Positions 9,470-19,411 of a DNA stretch of 64,000 bases are shown piece by piece. The stretch's first letter is position 1; each line of letters begins with the position of its first letter. The DNA comes from Thermodesulfobacteriota bacterium (GTDB lineage Bacteria > Desulfobacterota > Desulfobulbia > Desulfobulbales > SURF-16). Both the position numbers and the translations under genes were made by a program. The stretch lies in the NCBI GenBank assembly GCA_040755455.1, contig JBFMAY010000001.1:96001-160000 (forward strand), written 5' to 3'. The notes under the pieces were generated by a model, which ran no database searches, was not told where the DNA came from, and saw only the letters and a program-made list of their open reading frames with translations.

Positions 9470-10085
9470 GAGGGAGGCCTCCCTTCCGCAGATGGCGCTG
9501 TGCGATAAACCTGCAGGTATCGTGACCCATGGCACGGCACACCATCTCCTGCGACCTAAAGGTTCCCATGCCTTTGGGATAGCGCGGTCCGTAAACAAGG
9601 TCCATATAGGAGGCGGTGCAGGCATTGAACATATAACATCGGGCTCGCCGCTGGGGGCCGTATTCTTCCAGGTAACGGCCGGCGTCATAGGCATTCTGCA
9701 CGGTCGTCACCAGTTTTTCCCCTGGCACCAGTTCCTCAATCTCAATAAAACCGATACCGAAGATATTCGTAAAAGCAACCAGGGCATGCACTTCGTCCTC
9801 GGTTGTACGGATCATTGGCAGAACATGCTCACGCCAATGCATGGACGTCCTGGCTCCGTGAAATGTATGATAGCCGCATTCAAGAACCGCTTCATAGAGG
9901 CTCCGTTCCATGACCTGGGCTTCCGTGTCGTCCATCTTCCCGGAAATCCGGGAAACCAGCTTGAAATAGAATTCATTGTAATGCATGAGGGCATAGACGC
10001 CGAAGGCAGCCATAATGCCTCGTTCATTACTGGTGATCGGCAGCCTTGAAGCAACTTCGATAATTTTTTTGCTGTCAATGGCCAT
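9462..10085 (-). CDS. Stand-alone V4R (4-vinyl-reductase-like) domain protein
   Basis: FGIGFIEI, RCYMFNAC, QEMVCRAMGHDTCRF (V4R C/E/C/C pattern); AGGAG RBS before ATG 10085. Confidence 0.8.
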   Translation of the reverse strand: MAIDSKKIIEVASRLPITSNERGIMAAFGVYALMHYNEFYFKLVSRISGKMDDTEAQVMERSLYEAVLECGYHTFHGARTSMHWREHVLPMIRTTEDEVHALVAFTNIFGIGFIEIEELVPGEKLVTTVQNAYDAGRYLEEYGPQRRARCYMFNACTASYMDLVYGPRYPKGMGTFRSQEMVCRAMGHDTCRFIAQRHLRKGGLPLD

Positions 10086-10086
10086 T

Positions 10087-10605
10087 TTATCTCCTGCGAA
10101 CTGAAAATGTGCAGCATTCCCCGCCTGAAACCAGGCAATCCGTTTCCTGCACCTCATAGGCGTCGGGCAAGGCATTGAAAACCGCGGCAAGTATTCCCGC
10201 GATAAATCCGCATGTTACATAGCAGACCGGGTCTGGTCGGCGACCGTACTTTGCCAGCCAGCCGACAACGAAATAGGAAGAATCCGAGGAGGCGGTCCCG
10301 CCGTTTTCATTCAGCTGACTCAGTTCAATCCTGCCGAAACCCATGACGCGATACAGTTCGGCTGCCTTCTGTAGGGCATCAGCCACGGTGCAATCCTGCA
10401 ACTGATCGGAAAGATAGTTCCTGAAGTTGTTGTAAAATTCTTCAGCCGCCGTCCTGATTAAGATGTCGTGCGCGTCTATCCGGGGAAAGTTTTCAATCAC
10501 CTGCAGGAGTCCGCAGTTGTAATGGTGGCAGTGGAGAGAAACAGGCACCCCGTTCAGGGTCATGATGTTATGCGCCGGGTCGAATTTGGTGGTAAAGGTC
10601 ATCAT
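10087..10605 (-). CDS. Stand-alone V4R domain protein with HCHHYNC motif
   Basis: MGFGRIEL, PVCYVTCGFIAGIL, QETDCLVSGGECCTF. Confidence 0.85.
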   Translation of the reverse strand: MMTFTTKFDPAHNIMTLNGVPVSLHCHHYNCGLLQVIENFPRIDAHDILIRTAAEEFYNNFRNYLSDQLQDCTVADALQKAAELYRVMGFGRIELSQLNENGGTASSDSSYFVVGWLAKYGRRPDPVCYVTCGFIAGILAAVFNALPDAYEVQETDCLVSGGECCTFSVRRR

Positions 10606-10857
10606 GCAAGCCCTTGAGCAGAGATGGAGACTGAAAGGTATAATTATTTTATAATGAACTCGTGGTAAATCTGCAGTAAAAAAAATCAAATAAAATCAAT
10701 CGAACGATAATTCGCGGTCTGCAGGCAAGCTGGCACCATTCAGCACAAAGAAACCGGAGAATAAAAATAGATACGCAACTCCAAGACAGAAAGCGGGGGC
10801 AGGGGCAATCTTTTCCCAGATAACTTTTTTCCGGTCAACCAATTGTCATTGTCAAAG

Positions 10858-10874
10858 TTAAACATTTGTTTTAA
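10858..10874. promoter_or_regulatory. Putative TetR operator
   Basis: Near-palindrome TTAAACATTTGTTTTAA 11 nt upstream of the TetR start. Confidence 0.55.
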
Positions 10875-10885
10875 ATTTCTGTTTC

Positions 10886-11572
10886 ATGAATGCAACCGGC
10901 AATGAAAAAAAGGGGGAACGCCCGCCGAAACGGATTGCCACCAGGGACAGGCTGCTCCGGGCCGGAGGCGAAATTTTTGCCCGCTACGGCTTCCGGGGGG
11001 CCACGGTGCGCAGAATCGCCCGGCGGGCCCACGCCAATGTGGCCTCGGTCAGTTACTATTTCGGCGATAAAAAGGGGCTCTATGCCGCTGTCCTGCAATA
11101 CACCTTCAGCTCGGCCAAGGAGAAATATCCGCCGGACCTCGGCCTGCAGCAGGGAGCCGGAGGGCCGGCGCGTCTCCATGCCTTTATCCGTTCCTTTCTG
11201 CTGCGCATTCTTGACGATGGCCGGCCGACCTGGCACGGCAAGCTGATGGTGCAGGAGATGGCCGATCCCACCCCGGCGCTGGACCATATCGTGGAAGTGG
11301 CGATCAGGCCTCTTTACCAGCAGCTGGCCCTTATTGTCCGCGAGCTTGCCGGAATCGGTGCCGCTGAGCAGTCGGTGCATCTCTGCTGCCTGAGCATCAT
11401 GGGCCAGTGCGTGTTTTATCTTCATGCCCGGCCCGTGGTTACCCGGCTGCAGAAGCGGGAACCCGGAGCGGCGGATGTGGAGCAGCTGGCGGAGCATATC
11501 TCCCGCTTTTCCCTGCTCGCCGTTGCCGGCATGGCGGACGGCGGAGCGGCTGATGCCGGCCGCAACGGTTAA
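10886..11572 (+). CDS. TetR-family regulator (CecR/YbiH-like, DUF1956 C-terminus)
   Basis: HTH GFRGATVRRIARRAHANVASVSYYFGDKKGLY; QEMADPTPALD; SIMGQC. Confidence 0.92.
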   Translation: MNATGNEKKGERPPKRIATRDRLLRAGGEIFARYGFRGATVRRIARRAHANVASVSYYFGDKKGLYAAVLQYTFSSAKEKYPPDLGLQQGAGGPARLHAFIRSFLLRILDDGRPTWHGKLMVQEMADPTPALDHIVEVAIRPLYQQLALIVRELAGIGAAEQSVHLCCLSIMGQCVFYLHARPVVTRLQKREPGAADVEQLAEHISRFSLLAVAGMADGGAADAGRNG

Positions 11573-11576
11573 CCGC

Positions 11577-13067
11577 ATGAAATTCTTTGTCAACCGACAT
11601 ATTTTTTGCAGCGTGATCGTGTTGGCCGCGTTGCTATCGGCCTGCACGGTCGGGCCGGATTATCATCCCCCGCAGCTGGAGATGCCCGAGCGCTGGAGCG
11701 GTGAGGCCCGGGGCGTGGTCGCCTCTGATACTATGGCCGCTGCCAGCTGGTGGACCCTGTTCTGCGATCCGCAGCTCGATGGCCTGATCGACCGGGCCGT
11801 GGTGGCCAACAAGGACCTGGGGATTGCCGCTGCCCGCATTTTGGAGGCCAGGGCCCGGCGCGGCCTTGTTGCCGCGGATGCCTTGCCTGCCGTGGATGTT
11901 TCCGGTGCCTATGCCCGCAGCCGGCGCAGTGAAAACAGCTCATCCGGGACAGACAGCGTCGGGCCGCAGGACCTTTTCCAGGCCGGATTTGACGCCGGCT
12001 GGGAGATCGATATTTTCGGCGGTGTGCGGCGGGCAGTCGAGGCTGCTGATGCCGGCATCGCCGCGGAACAGGAAAACCGCCGGGATCTGTTGGTCACCTT
12101 GCTTGCGGAAGTCGCGCGAAACTATCTGGAACTGCGCGGCAGCCAGCGCCGCATTGTTACGGCCCGGGAAAATCTCGAGGCCCAGCGGCAAACCCTGGCC
12201 CTGACCAGGGGCCGCTTTGCCGTGGGGTTGAGCAGCAAGCTCGATGTGGCCCAGGCAGAGGCCCAGCTTGCCGTCACCGAGGCCCTGATCCCCGGCCTCG
12301 AGACGACTGCCAGACAGGCGGTCCATCGTCTCGGCGTCCTCGCCGGAGTAACGCCTGGCGCGCTGCTTGCGGAACTCAGCGGGGACGGCGTTGTTTTCTG
12401 TCAGCCCGCCGAGGTCCCCATTGACCTGCCCTCCGAGCTTCTCCGGCGGCGGCCGGATATCCGCCGGGCCGAGCGGGAACTGGCTGCCGCCACCGCCCTG
12501 GTCGGTGTTGCCGAGGCCGAGCTTTTTCCCAAATTTTCCCTTACCGGCCTCCTTGGTCTGCAAAGCACCAATCTCTCCGATCTCGCCACCAGAGGCAGTC
12601 GCTATTGGAGTATTGGGCCGTCCCTAAACTGGCCGATTTTTGATGCCGGCCGTATCCGGGCGGGCATCGCCGTGGAGAATGCCCGGCAGGAGCAGGCGCT
12701 GCTGTCCTATGACCAAACGGTGCTTGCCGCCCTTGAAGAGGTGGAGAACGCGCTGGTCGCCTATGATCGGGAACAGACGACCCGGCGTGCCCTGGAACAG
12801 GCGGTGGACGCCAACCAGCGCGCCGTGGCCATGGCCGATGAGCTGTACCGCACCGGGCTGGTGGATTTCCTCAATGTCCTGCAGAGCCAAAGGGCGCTCT
12901 TTCTTTCCCAGGATCAGCTCCTTTTGAGCGAGCAGCGGGGCTATGTTAATCTGGTCATTCTGTTCAAGGCCCTTGGCGGCGGATGGCAGCTGGCGGAGCT
13001 TGACCACGGCGGGCAGGACGTTGATGTCCGGCAAGGTGGAGCGAGGAGCACCGATGATGTCAGATAG
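11577..13067 (+). CDS. Outer-membrane efflux lipoprotein (NodT/OprM family)
   Basis: Lipobox LSAC, VGPDY, WEIDIFGG, LLRRRPDI, LFKALGGGW. Confidence 0.93.
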   Translation: MKFFVNRHIFCSVIVLAALLSACTVGPDYHPPQLEMPERWSGEARGVVASDTMAAASWWTLFCDPQLDGLIDRAVVANKDLGIAAARILEARARRGLVAADALPAVDVSGAYARSRRSENSSSGTDSVGPQDLFQAGFDAGWEIDIFGGVRRAVEAADAGIAAEQENRRDLLVTLLAEVARNYLELRGSQRRIVTARENLEAQRQTLALTRGRFAVGLSSKLDVAQAEAQLAVTEALIPGLETTARQAVHRLGVLAGVTPGALLAELSGDGVVFCQPAEVPIDLPSELLRRRPDIRRAERELAAATALVGVAEAELFPKFSLTGLLGLQSTNLSDLATRGSRYWSIGPSLNWPIFDAGRIRAGIAVENARQEQALLSYDQTVLAALEEVENALVAYDREQTTRRALEQAVDANQRAVAMADELYRTGLVDFLNVLQSQRALFLSQDQLLLSEQRGYVNLVILFKALGGGWQLAELDHGGQDVDVRQGGARSTDDVR

Positions 13068-13124
13068 AAAACAGGTGAGCGGCTGGCGAACGGCCGACTC
13101 GAAAGCCTTTTTGAGGATTATGTA

Positions 13125-14294
13125 ATGAGAGTAGGGCATGTGATCACGAACTGGAGCGGAATAGCCTGGGCAATGCTGGCCGTCATCCTGTTTCTGCTGG
13201 CCGGCTGTTCCGGCGGCGGCAAAGAGAAGACCAAGGCGGCAGAGCAGCAGAAAAAGCCCGCTGTCCCGGTAACCGTCGCCGTTGTCAGTCGCAAGACCAT
13301 GCCGGTGGAGCTTGCGGCCATCGGCAACGTGGAGGCCTTTGCCACCGTGGCCATCAAGTCGCAGATCACCGGGGAGGTGCAGACCGTGCATTTTCAGGAG
13401 GGGCAGGAGGTGAAAAAGGGCGACCTGCTCTTCACCATCGATCCCCGGCCCTATGAGGCCAAACTCGCCGAGGCCCAGGCCAATCTGGCCAAGGGCCTTG
13501 CCGAGCTGGAAAATGCCCGCAAACAGGTGGACCGTTACGGCGCCGTGGCGCAGAAGGGGTATGTGTCCGAAGAGCAGTACGACCAGGTGCGGACCAGCGC
13601 CGCCACCCTGGAGGCCGCCATCCTGGCCGATAGGGCGGCGGTGGAAAGCGCCAGGCTCGATCTCGCCTATTGCACCATCCGTTCCCCCCTTGCCGGTTTT
13701 GTCGGCGATCTCAAGGCGGACCGGGGCAACCTGATCAAGGCCAATGCCGACACCCACATGGTGACCATCAACCAGGTGCGCCCCGTTAATGTCTCCTTTG
13801 CCCTGCCGGAACGGAACCTGCCGGAGGTGAAGCGGTATATGCATGGCCGGTCCCTGCGGGTCAAGGCGGCCATCCCCGGAGAAGAGGGCGAACCCCTGGC
13901 CGGTACACTCACCTTTGTCGACAACACCGTTGATCCGGCCACCGGCACCATCCTGCTCAAGGCGGCCTTCGCCAATGAAGACGGCCGGCTCTGGCCCGGT
14001 CAGTTCGTCAATGTCGTGCTGGAACTCACCAGCCAGCCGGACGTGGTTGTCGTCCCCGGCCAGGCGGTGCAGACCGGCCAGCAAGGCCAATACGTTTACC
14101 TGGTCAAGGAGGACCTGACGGTGGAATACCGTGGCGTGGTCACCGGCCTCACCGCTGATGACGAAGTGGTGATTGGCCAGGGGCTGCAAGCCGGCGACAA
14201 GGTGGTGACCGATGGCCAGCTGCGTCTTGCGCCCGGGGCTCCGGTGAAAATTGTCGACAGCAACAGGCCGGAGTCCGGCAGGGAGAGCCAGTGA
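13125..14294 (+). CDS. RND periplasmic adaptor (MdtA-like)
   Basis: Lipobox LAGC, FQEGQEVKKGDLLFTIDP, FVDNTVDPATGT, LWPGQFV. Confidence 0.93.
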   Translation: MRVGHVITNWSGIAWAMLAVILFLLAGCSGGGKEKTKAAEQQKKPAVPVTVAVVSRKTMPVELAAIGNVEAFATVAIKSQITGEVQTVHFQEGQEVKKGDLLFTIDPRPYEAKLAEAQANLAKGLAELENARKQVDRYGAVAQKGYVSEEQYDQVRTSAATLEAAILADRAAVESARLDLAYCTIRSPLAGFVGDLKADRGNLIKANADTHMVTINQVRPVNVSFALPERNLPEVKRYMHGRSLRVKAAIPGEEGEPLAGTLTFVDNTVDPATGTILLKAAFANEDGRLWPGQFVNVVLELTSQPDVVVVPGQAVQTGQQGQYVYLVKEDLTVEYRGVVTGLTADDEVVIGQGLQAGDKVVTDGQLRLAPGAPVKIVDSNRPESGRESQ

Positions 14295-17200
14295 GCATTG
14301 CCGAGCTTTTCATCCGCCGGCCGGTGATGACCACCCTGGTCATGCTCGGCATCCTGATCTCCGGCATCATGAGTTACGGCCTGCTGCCGGTAAGCGAGCT
14401 GCCCAGTGTGGATTTCCCCACCATTCAGGTCACGGCCGGGCTGCCGGGCGCCAGTCCTGAAACCATGGCCTCTTCGGTGGCCACGCCCCTGGAGCGGCAG
14501 TTCTCCACCATTGCCGGGGTTGACTCCATGACCTCCACCAGCGGGCAGGGGGTCACCAATGTCACCCTGCAGTTCGCCCTTGACCGAGATCTCGACGGCG
14601 CGGCCCTGGACGTGCAGACCGCCATTTCCAAGGCGTTGAAGCTGCTGCCGGCGGAGATGCCGAGCCCGCCCTCCTATTCCAAGGTGAATCCCGCCGACCA
14701 GCCGATTCTCTATGTGGCGCTGAGTTCGGACATCCTGCCGCTGTCCACCGTGGACGAATACGCGGAAACCTTGATGGCGCAACGCATCTCCATGGTCAGC
14801 GGGGTGGCCCAGGTCCAGGTCTACGGCGCCCAGAAGTATGCCGTGCGCGTGCAGGTGAATCCCCAGGCCCTTTCCTCCATGGGCATTTCCCTGGATGAGG
14901 TGGCCACCTCCATCCAGAAGAGCAACGTCAACCTGCCCACCGGCACCCTGTACGGCCGGCATCAGGCCTTTACCGTGCAGGCCACCGGCCAGCTCGGCAG
15001 CGCCGACGTCTACCGGCCCCTGATTGTGGCCTACCGCAACGGCTCCCCCGTCCGGCTTGAACAGCTCGGCCGCATCGTCGACAGCGTGGAGAACGACAAG
15101 GCGGCCAGCTGGCTCAACCGCACCCGGGCCATTGTCCTTGCCATCCAGCGGCAGCCGGGCACCAATACCGTGGAGGTGGTGGACGCCATCCGAGAGCTGC
15201 TGCCCTCGTTCCGCGACCGCATCCCAGCCGCAGTCAACCTCACCATCCTCTATGACCGCTCGGAATCCATCCGCGATTCGGTGAACGATGTCAAGTTCAC
15301 CCTCTATCTGGCCATTTGCCTGGTGGTCATGGTGATCTTTCTTTTTCTGCGCAATCTCTCGGCCACCGTCATCTCAAGTCTCGCCCTGCCGCTGTCCATC
15401 ATCGGCACCTTTGCGGTCATGCAGCGCCTGGGCTACAGTATCGACAACATCTCGCTGATGGCCATCACCCTGTCAGTGGGCTTTGTGGTGGATGACGCCA
15501 TCGTCATGCTGGAAAATATCGTGCGTCATATGGAAATGGGCAAGGGCAGGGTACAGGCCGCCATGGACGGGGCCAGGGAGATCGGCTTCACCATCGTCTC
15601 CATGACCCTCTCGCTGATCGCGGTGTTCATTCCGCTGCTTTTCATGGGCGGTATCATGGGTCGGCTGCTGCATGAATTTGCAGTGACCATCACCGCGGCG
15701 GTGCTTATTTCCGGCTTTGTTTCCCTTTCGCTGACCCCGATGCTGTGCAGCCGTTTCATGAAGCCGCCGGGTACTGCGCAACACGGCAGGCTTTATGCCG
15801 TGTCCGAGCGTTTTTTCGACGGCATGCGGCACGGCTATGAACGAAGTCTGCAGCTGGTGCTGCGCCATCGGCTGGGCACGCTGATTTTTTCCATCCTGCT
15901 GGTTGCGGTCAGCGCCCATCTTTTTGCGATCATTCCCAAGGAGTTCATCCCCAGCCAGGATACGAACCGCATCGCCGGCTTTACCGAAGCCGCCCAGGGC
16001 ATCTCCTATCAGTCCATGGTGGAACACCAGCAGGCGGTAGCCGAGGTCATCAGCCGGGAGCCTGCCGTCGCCAACTTCATGTCCGCGGTGGGCGCCAGAA
16101 GTTCGAGCCCCACCGGCAACTCCGGCCGGTTTTTTCTGTCACTCAAACCCCGCTCCGAAAGGGAGGCGAATGTTGATCAGATCATCCAGGATCTGCGTCA
16201 GAAACTCGCTGCCGTACCCGGCATCAAGGTGTTCATGCAGAACCCGCCGCTCATCAGGATCGGCGGCCGGCTGACCAAGGGCCTCTACCAGTACACCCTG
16301 CAGGCCACGGACATGCATGAGCTGCAGCAGTGGGCGCCGCAGGTTGAGAAGGCGTTGCGGGATCTGCCCGAACTGCAGGACGTGAGCAGCGATCTGGAAA
16401 TCACCAACCCCCAGGTGGTGGTGAATATTGACCGGAACAAAGCTCAGAGCCTGGGCATCACGCCGGAGCAGATCGAAAGCACCCTGTACGATGCCTACGG
16501 CTCCCGGCAGGTGTCAACGATTTATACCTCGGCCAATCAGTATCAGGTCATTCTGGAGGTGCAGCCGCAGTATCAGCAGTCCCCCGCCGCCCTCTCGCTC
16601 CTCTATCTCCGCTCAAGCTCGGGCAAGCTGGTGCCGCTGGACAGTGTGGCAACCCTCTCCCGGAATCTCGGGCCCCTGACCATTAACCATACCGGTCAGC
16701 TTCCCTCGGTGACCCTGTCCTTCAACCTCAAGCCGGGGGTGGCCCTGGGCGATGCGGTGGACAGGATTCGCAAGGCCGTGCAGGAAGTGCGGCTGCCCGC
16801 CACGATCACCACCAGCTTCCAGGGCACGGCCCAGGAATTCGAGGCGTCAAAAAAGGGCATGTGGCTGCTGCTCACCATGGCTATCCTGGTCATTTACATC
16901 GTGCTGGGCATCCTGTATGAGAGCTTTATCCACCCGCTGACCATTCTCTCAGGCCTCCCCTCCGCCGGGGTGGGGGCGCTGCTGACCCTGCTGCTCTTTG
17001 ACACCAGCTTAAGCATCTACGCCTTCGTGGGGGTTATCTTGCTGATCGGCATTGTCAAGAAGAACGCCATCATGATGATCGACTTCGCCCTGATGGTGCA
17101 GCGCCGGGATGGGAAAACTCCGGCCGCGGCCATTTACGAAGGCTGTATCCTGCGTTTCCGGCCGATCATGATGACCACCATGGCGGCCCTGATGGGCTCC

Positions 17201-17410
17201 CTGCCCATCGCCCTGGGCTGGGGCGCCGGGGCCGAGGCCCGCCGTCCCCTGGGGCTGGCGGTGGTGGGCGGTCTGCTTCTTTCCCAGTTTCTGACCCTCT
17301 ACATCACTCCGGTGATCTACATTTATCTGGAATCGTTCGTCTCAACCATGAAAAGGCTGTTTAAGGGGCGGCGGCAGCCCGCTGATGCGGCAGGCACTTT
17401 CCCGCTGTAA
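14291..17410 (+). CDS. RND efflux permease (MdtB/MdtC-like, single subunit)
   Basis: FIRRPVMTTL, GFVVDDAIVMLENI, GIVKKNAIMMIDFA, RFRPIMMTT. Confidence 0.95.
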   Translation: MSIAELFIRRPVMTTLVMLGILISGIMSYGLLPVSELPSVDFPTIQVTAGLPGASPETMASSVATPLERQFSTIAGVDSMTSTSGQGVTNVTLQFALDRDLDGAALDVQTAISKALKLLPAEMPSPPSYSKVNPADQPILYVALSSDILPLSTVDEYAETLMAQRISMVSGVAQVQVYGAQKYAVRVQVNPQALSSMGISLDEVATSIQKSNVNLPTGTLYGRHQAFTVQATGQLGSADVYRPLIVAYRNGSPVRLEQLGRIVDSVENDKAASWLNRTRAIVLAIQRQPGTNTVEVVDAIRELLPSFRDRIPAAVNLTILYDRSESIRDSVNDVKFTLYLAICLVVMVIFLFLRNLSATVISSLALPLSIIGTFAVMQRLGYSIDNISLMAITLSVGFVVDDAIVMLENIVRHMEMGKGRVQAAMDGAREIGFTIVSMTLSLIAVFIPLLFMGGIMGRLLHEFAVTITAAVLISGFVSLSLTPMLCSRFMKPPGTAQHGRLYAVSERFFDGMRHGYERSLQLVLRHRLGTLIFSILLVAVSAHLFAIIPKEFIPSQDTNRIAGFTEAAQGISYQSMVEHQQAVAEVISREPAVANFMSAVGARSSSPTGNSGRFFLSLKPRSEREANVDQIIQDLRQKLAAVPGIKVFMQNPPLIRIGGRLTKGLYQYTLQATDMHELQQWAPQVEKALRDLPELQDVSSDLEITNPQVVVNIDRNKAQSLGITPEQIESTLYDAYGSRQVSTIYTSANQYQVILEVQPQYQQSPAALSLLYLRSSSGKLVPLDSVATLSRNLGPLTINHTGQLPSVTLSFNLKPGVALGDAVDRIRKAVQEVRLPATITTSFQGTAQEFEASKKGMWLLLTMAILVIYIVLGILYESFIHPLTILSGLPSAGVGALLTLLLFDTSLSIYAFVGVILLIGIVKKNAIMMIDFALMVQRRDGKTPAAAIYEGCILRFRPIMMTTMAALMGSLPIALGWGAGAEARRPLGLAVVGGLLLSQFLTLYITPVIYIYLESFVSTMKRLFKGRRQPADAAGTFPL

Positions 17411-17551
17411 CGCGGGCGCGACAACTCCTGTTCTTCGCCGTTTTTTCATCACGCGGCAGAACCTGCTACGAAATGATTTCTTTTGCGATGAGGGTGGAAG
17501 CTGATTACCATTAAGGAACGCCTTTTGCCGATCGGACTGGAAAGGGGTAAT

Positions 17552-18949
17552 ATGATATCCGCCGACACTACATGGTTGTATCGCTCTATCCGCAAGCTTG
17601 CGTTCACTATCGGGCTTTTGATCTTGGGGGGATGTGTTTCGAAGCCGGCACTTCTCTCCCCTGAGAGCCGCATGCAGCTGGGACGTGTTGGCGTATTATC
17701 GCTTCCTTCAAAGCCAAACATTGAGTTTCAAACCTTTGCAAAAGGATGGGCGACCGGGGCTGCCAAGGGTGGTGCATTTGGTGTGATCGATGGGTTGCTA
17801 AGTTCTTTAGCCGAAGCTGCCAGAAACCAACCAACCGGTCCGTATGCCGCACCAGCGATTCTCATTAACGCAGTGGTGATGACTACGGTCAATACTTTGG
17901 TATACGGTGTTGCGGGTGGGCTGGAGGCAGTACCTGCAAAGACAGCTCGACAGATTGAGCAAGAACTCAAGGCGGCAATAGGGGACGTCAACTTGGCAAA
18001 CGACTTGGCTGAAAATATCTGCACGGTCTCTAGCGGACGAACTGACCTCGACCGCTATGCGCTTACCTGCTTGGGCCTGCCCCAGTCCGACAACACAGTC
18101 GCCTACGACCATTTGGCCAAACAGGGAATTAATACTGCCGTAGAAGTCCAAATCACTGAGGCAGGGTTCCGAGGAGGGAGCGGTTCGCAACCACTGGTGA
18201 GGTTTTATCTGAACGCAAGGATACGGCTGCTGGCCATCGACAGCGGTAAAGAGATTTACTCGGGTGATTTTCAATATCTGAGTCGTGACCTCCCCTTTGC
18301 GGAGTGGTTCATGGATGGCTCCAAGACATTGTTGTCAGGTTTTAAGCAGGGCATGATTGACCTGGCCGACCGAATTGTTGACGAGTTGTTTATTGTGACG
18401 CGCTTTCCCTTTGATACGGGCCTTTGGGCCTTGCCTGGTCAACCGGAATTCGGCAGTTGTTGGATTCGACCCATCTACCCGGAACTCAAACATACTTCCC
18501 TGTGGTATTCGATCCGTCACAATTCCCCCCGGATTCATATTCTCTATACAGCGGTTGATTCCCTTCAACCGTTATTCAGCTGGGAGGCTTTTCCGCGACC
18601 ACGAGACATGAAATCTGAAAACGCAACCGTGCTAAACCAGATATCTGATGTCTCCTATGACCTGAAGATCTGGGAAGCAGCAAGTGACTATCCCGAGCGA
18701 CTGGTTTGTGACATAAGGGGCCTTCCTGATCCCCAGTACCGACCCCCTTATCCTCTGAAGGAGAAGACAAAGTATTTCTGGGCCATTCGGGCCAGGTATA
18801 AATTGTCAGGTCAATCTCAGGTTACACGCTGGGCATTCTCAAGTATTCCTTCGAATCAGGTTTCCGATTATCCTCAAAGACCACCCGGTGGAACTTGCGA
18901 TTTGGACACCATACCCAGCACGAATTACTTCCGTTTCATAACGCCCTAA
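17552..18949 (+). CDS. Hypothetical lipoprotein
   Basis: Long ORF; AAAGGGG RBS; lipobox-like LGGC; glycine-rich segment GAAKGGAFG; Fn3/Ig-like C-terminus (YDLKIW, YFWAIRARY). Confidence 0.75.
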   Translation: MISADTTWLYRSIRKLAFTIGLLILGGCVSKPALLSPESRMQLGRVGVLSLPSKPNIEFQTFAKGWATGAAKGGAFGVIDGLLSSLAEAARNQPTGPYAAPAILINAVVMTTVNTLVYGVAGGLEAVPAKTARQIEQELKAAIGDVNLANDLAENICTVSSGRTDLDRYALTCLGLPQSDNTVAYDHLAKQGINTAVEVQITEAGFRGGSGSQPLVRFYLNARIRLLAIDSGKEIYSGDFQYLSRDLPFAEWFMDGSKTLLSGFKQGMIDLADRIVDELFIVTRFPFDTGLWALPGQPEFGSCWIRPIYPELKHTSLWYSIRHNSPRIHILYTAVDSLQPLFSWEAFPRPRDMKSENATVLNQISDVSYDLKIWEAASDYPERLVCDIRGLPDPQYRPPYPLKEKTKYFWAIRARYKLSGQSQVTRWAFSSIPSNQVSDYPQRPPGGTCDLDTIPSTNYFRFITP

Positions 18950-19098
18950 TGTTTGATTTTTTTAAGAAATTTGCGACAAAAATGGCCAAAGGACAACTGT
19001 ATGGCTAACAATCGCAGCGGTGCGCAAAAAAACTGCGCCTGCTGCATGGCAACGACTAGATCAAGAAAAAGACGGCATCAGCCAGGGGAGCAGCGAAA

Positions 19099-19302
19099 AT
19101 GAGAAAAACAAATACCCGGCCACAGTGCGGGATGGCAAGAGCTGTTTGCGGAACTGCTGGGGTTGCGGCGACTCTGGTCAGGGTGTCAGCCGGCATTGCC
19201 GCCGTTGCCTGTCTGGGCTGGTTCGTGAAAGAAATGATCAAGGCAAGGGAAGAAAAGAAAAAAAATGACTTTACCCAGATTTCCACGGGGAAAGGACATT
19301 AA
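19099..19302 (+). CDS. Possible small membrane protein
   Basis: GGGGAG 8 nt before ATG; hydrophobic segment followed by a basic tail. Confidence 0.4.
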   Translation: MRKTNTRPQCGMARAVCGTAGVAATLVRVSAGIAAVACLGWFVKEMIKAREEKKKNDFTQISTGKGH

Positions 19303-19411
19303 CGATAAACAGGGGCAGGATGGCGGGGGAAGTGTCATCAGCCGCGGGCGGTTCAACCTGACCCGCGCCAATCCCTCCAATCCCCAGCTCCTTGAGCTGA
19401 CAGAATCTGTT

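Noticed and set aside
9470..9694. N-terminal extension of the kinase ORF in the track
   Set aside because: Overlaps the V4R gene in another frame; a better start with RBS exists at 9469.
10730..10746. CTGGCACCATTCAGCA as a sigma-54 promoter
   Set aside because: GG-to-GC spacing is 9 rather than the required 10.
12624..14189. 521-aa minus-strand ORF and many similar long antisense ORFs (e.g. 4178-5170, 27359-28510, 30026-31129, 36479-37549, 63031-63900)
   Set aside because: They lie opposite well-supported genes, carry no motifs, and are expected shadows of GC-rich codon usage.
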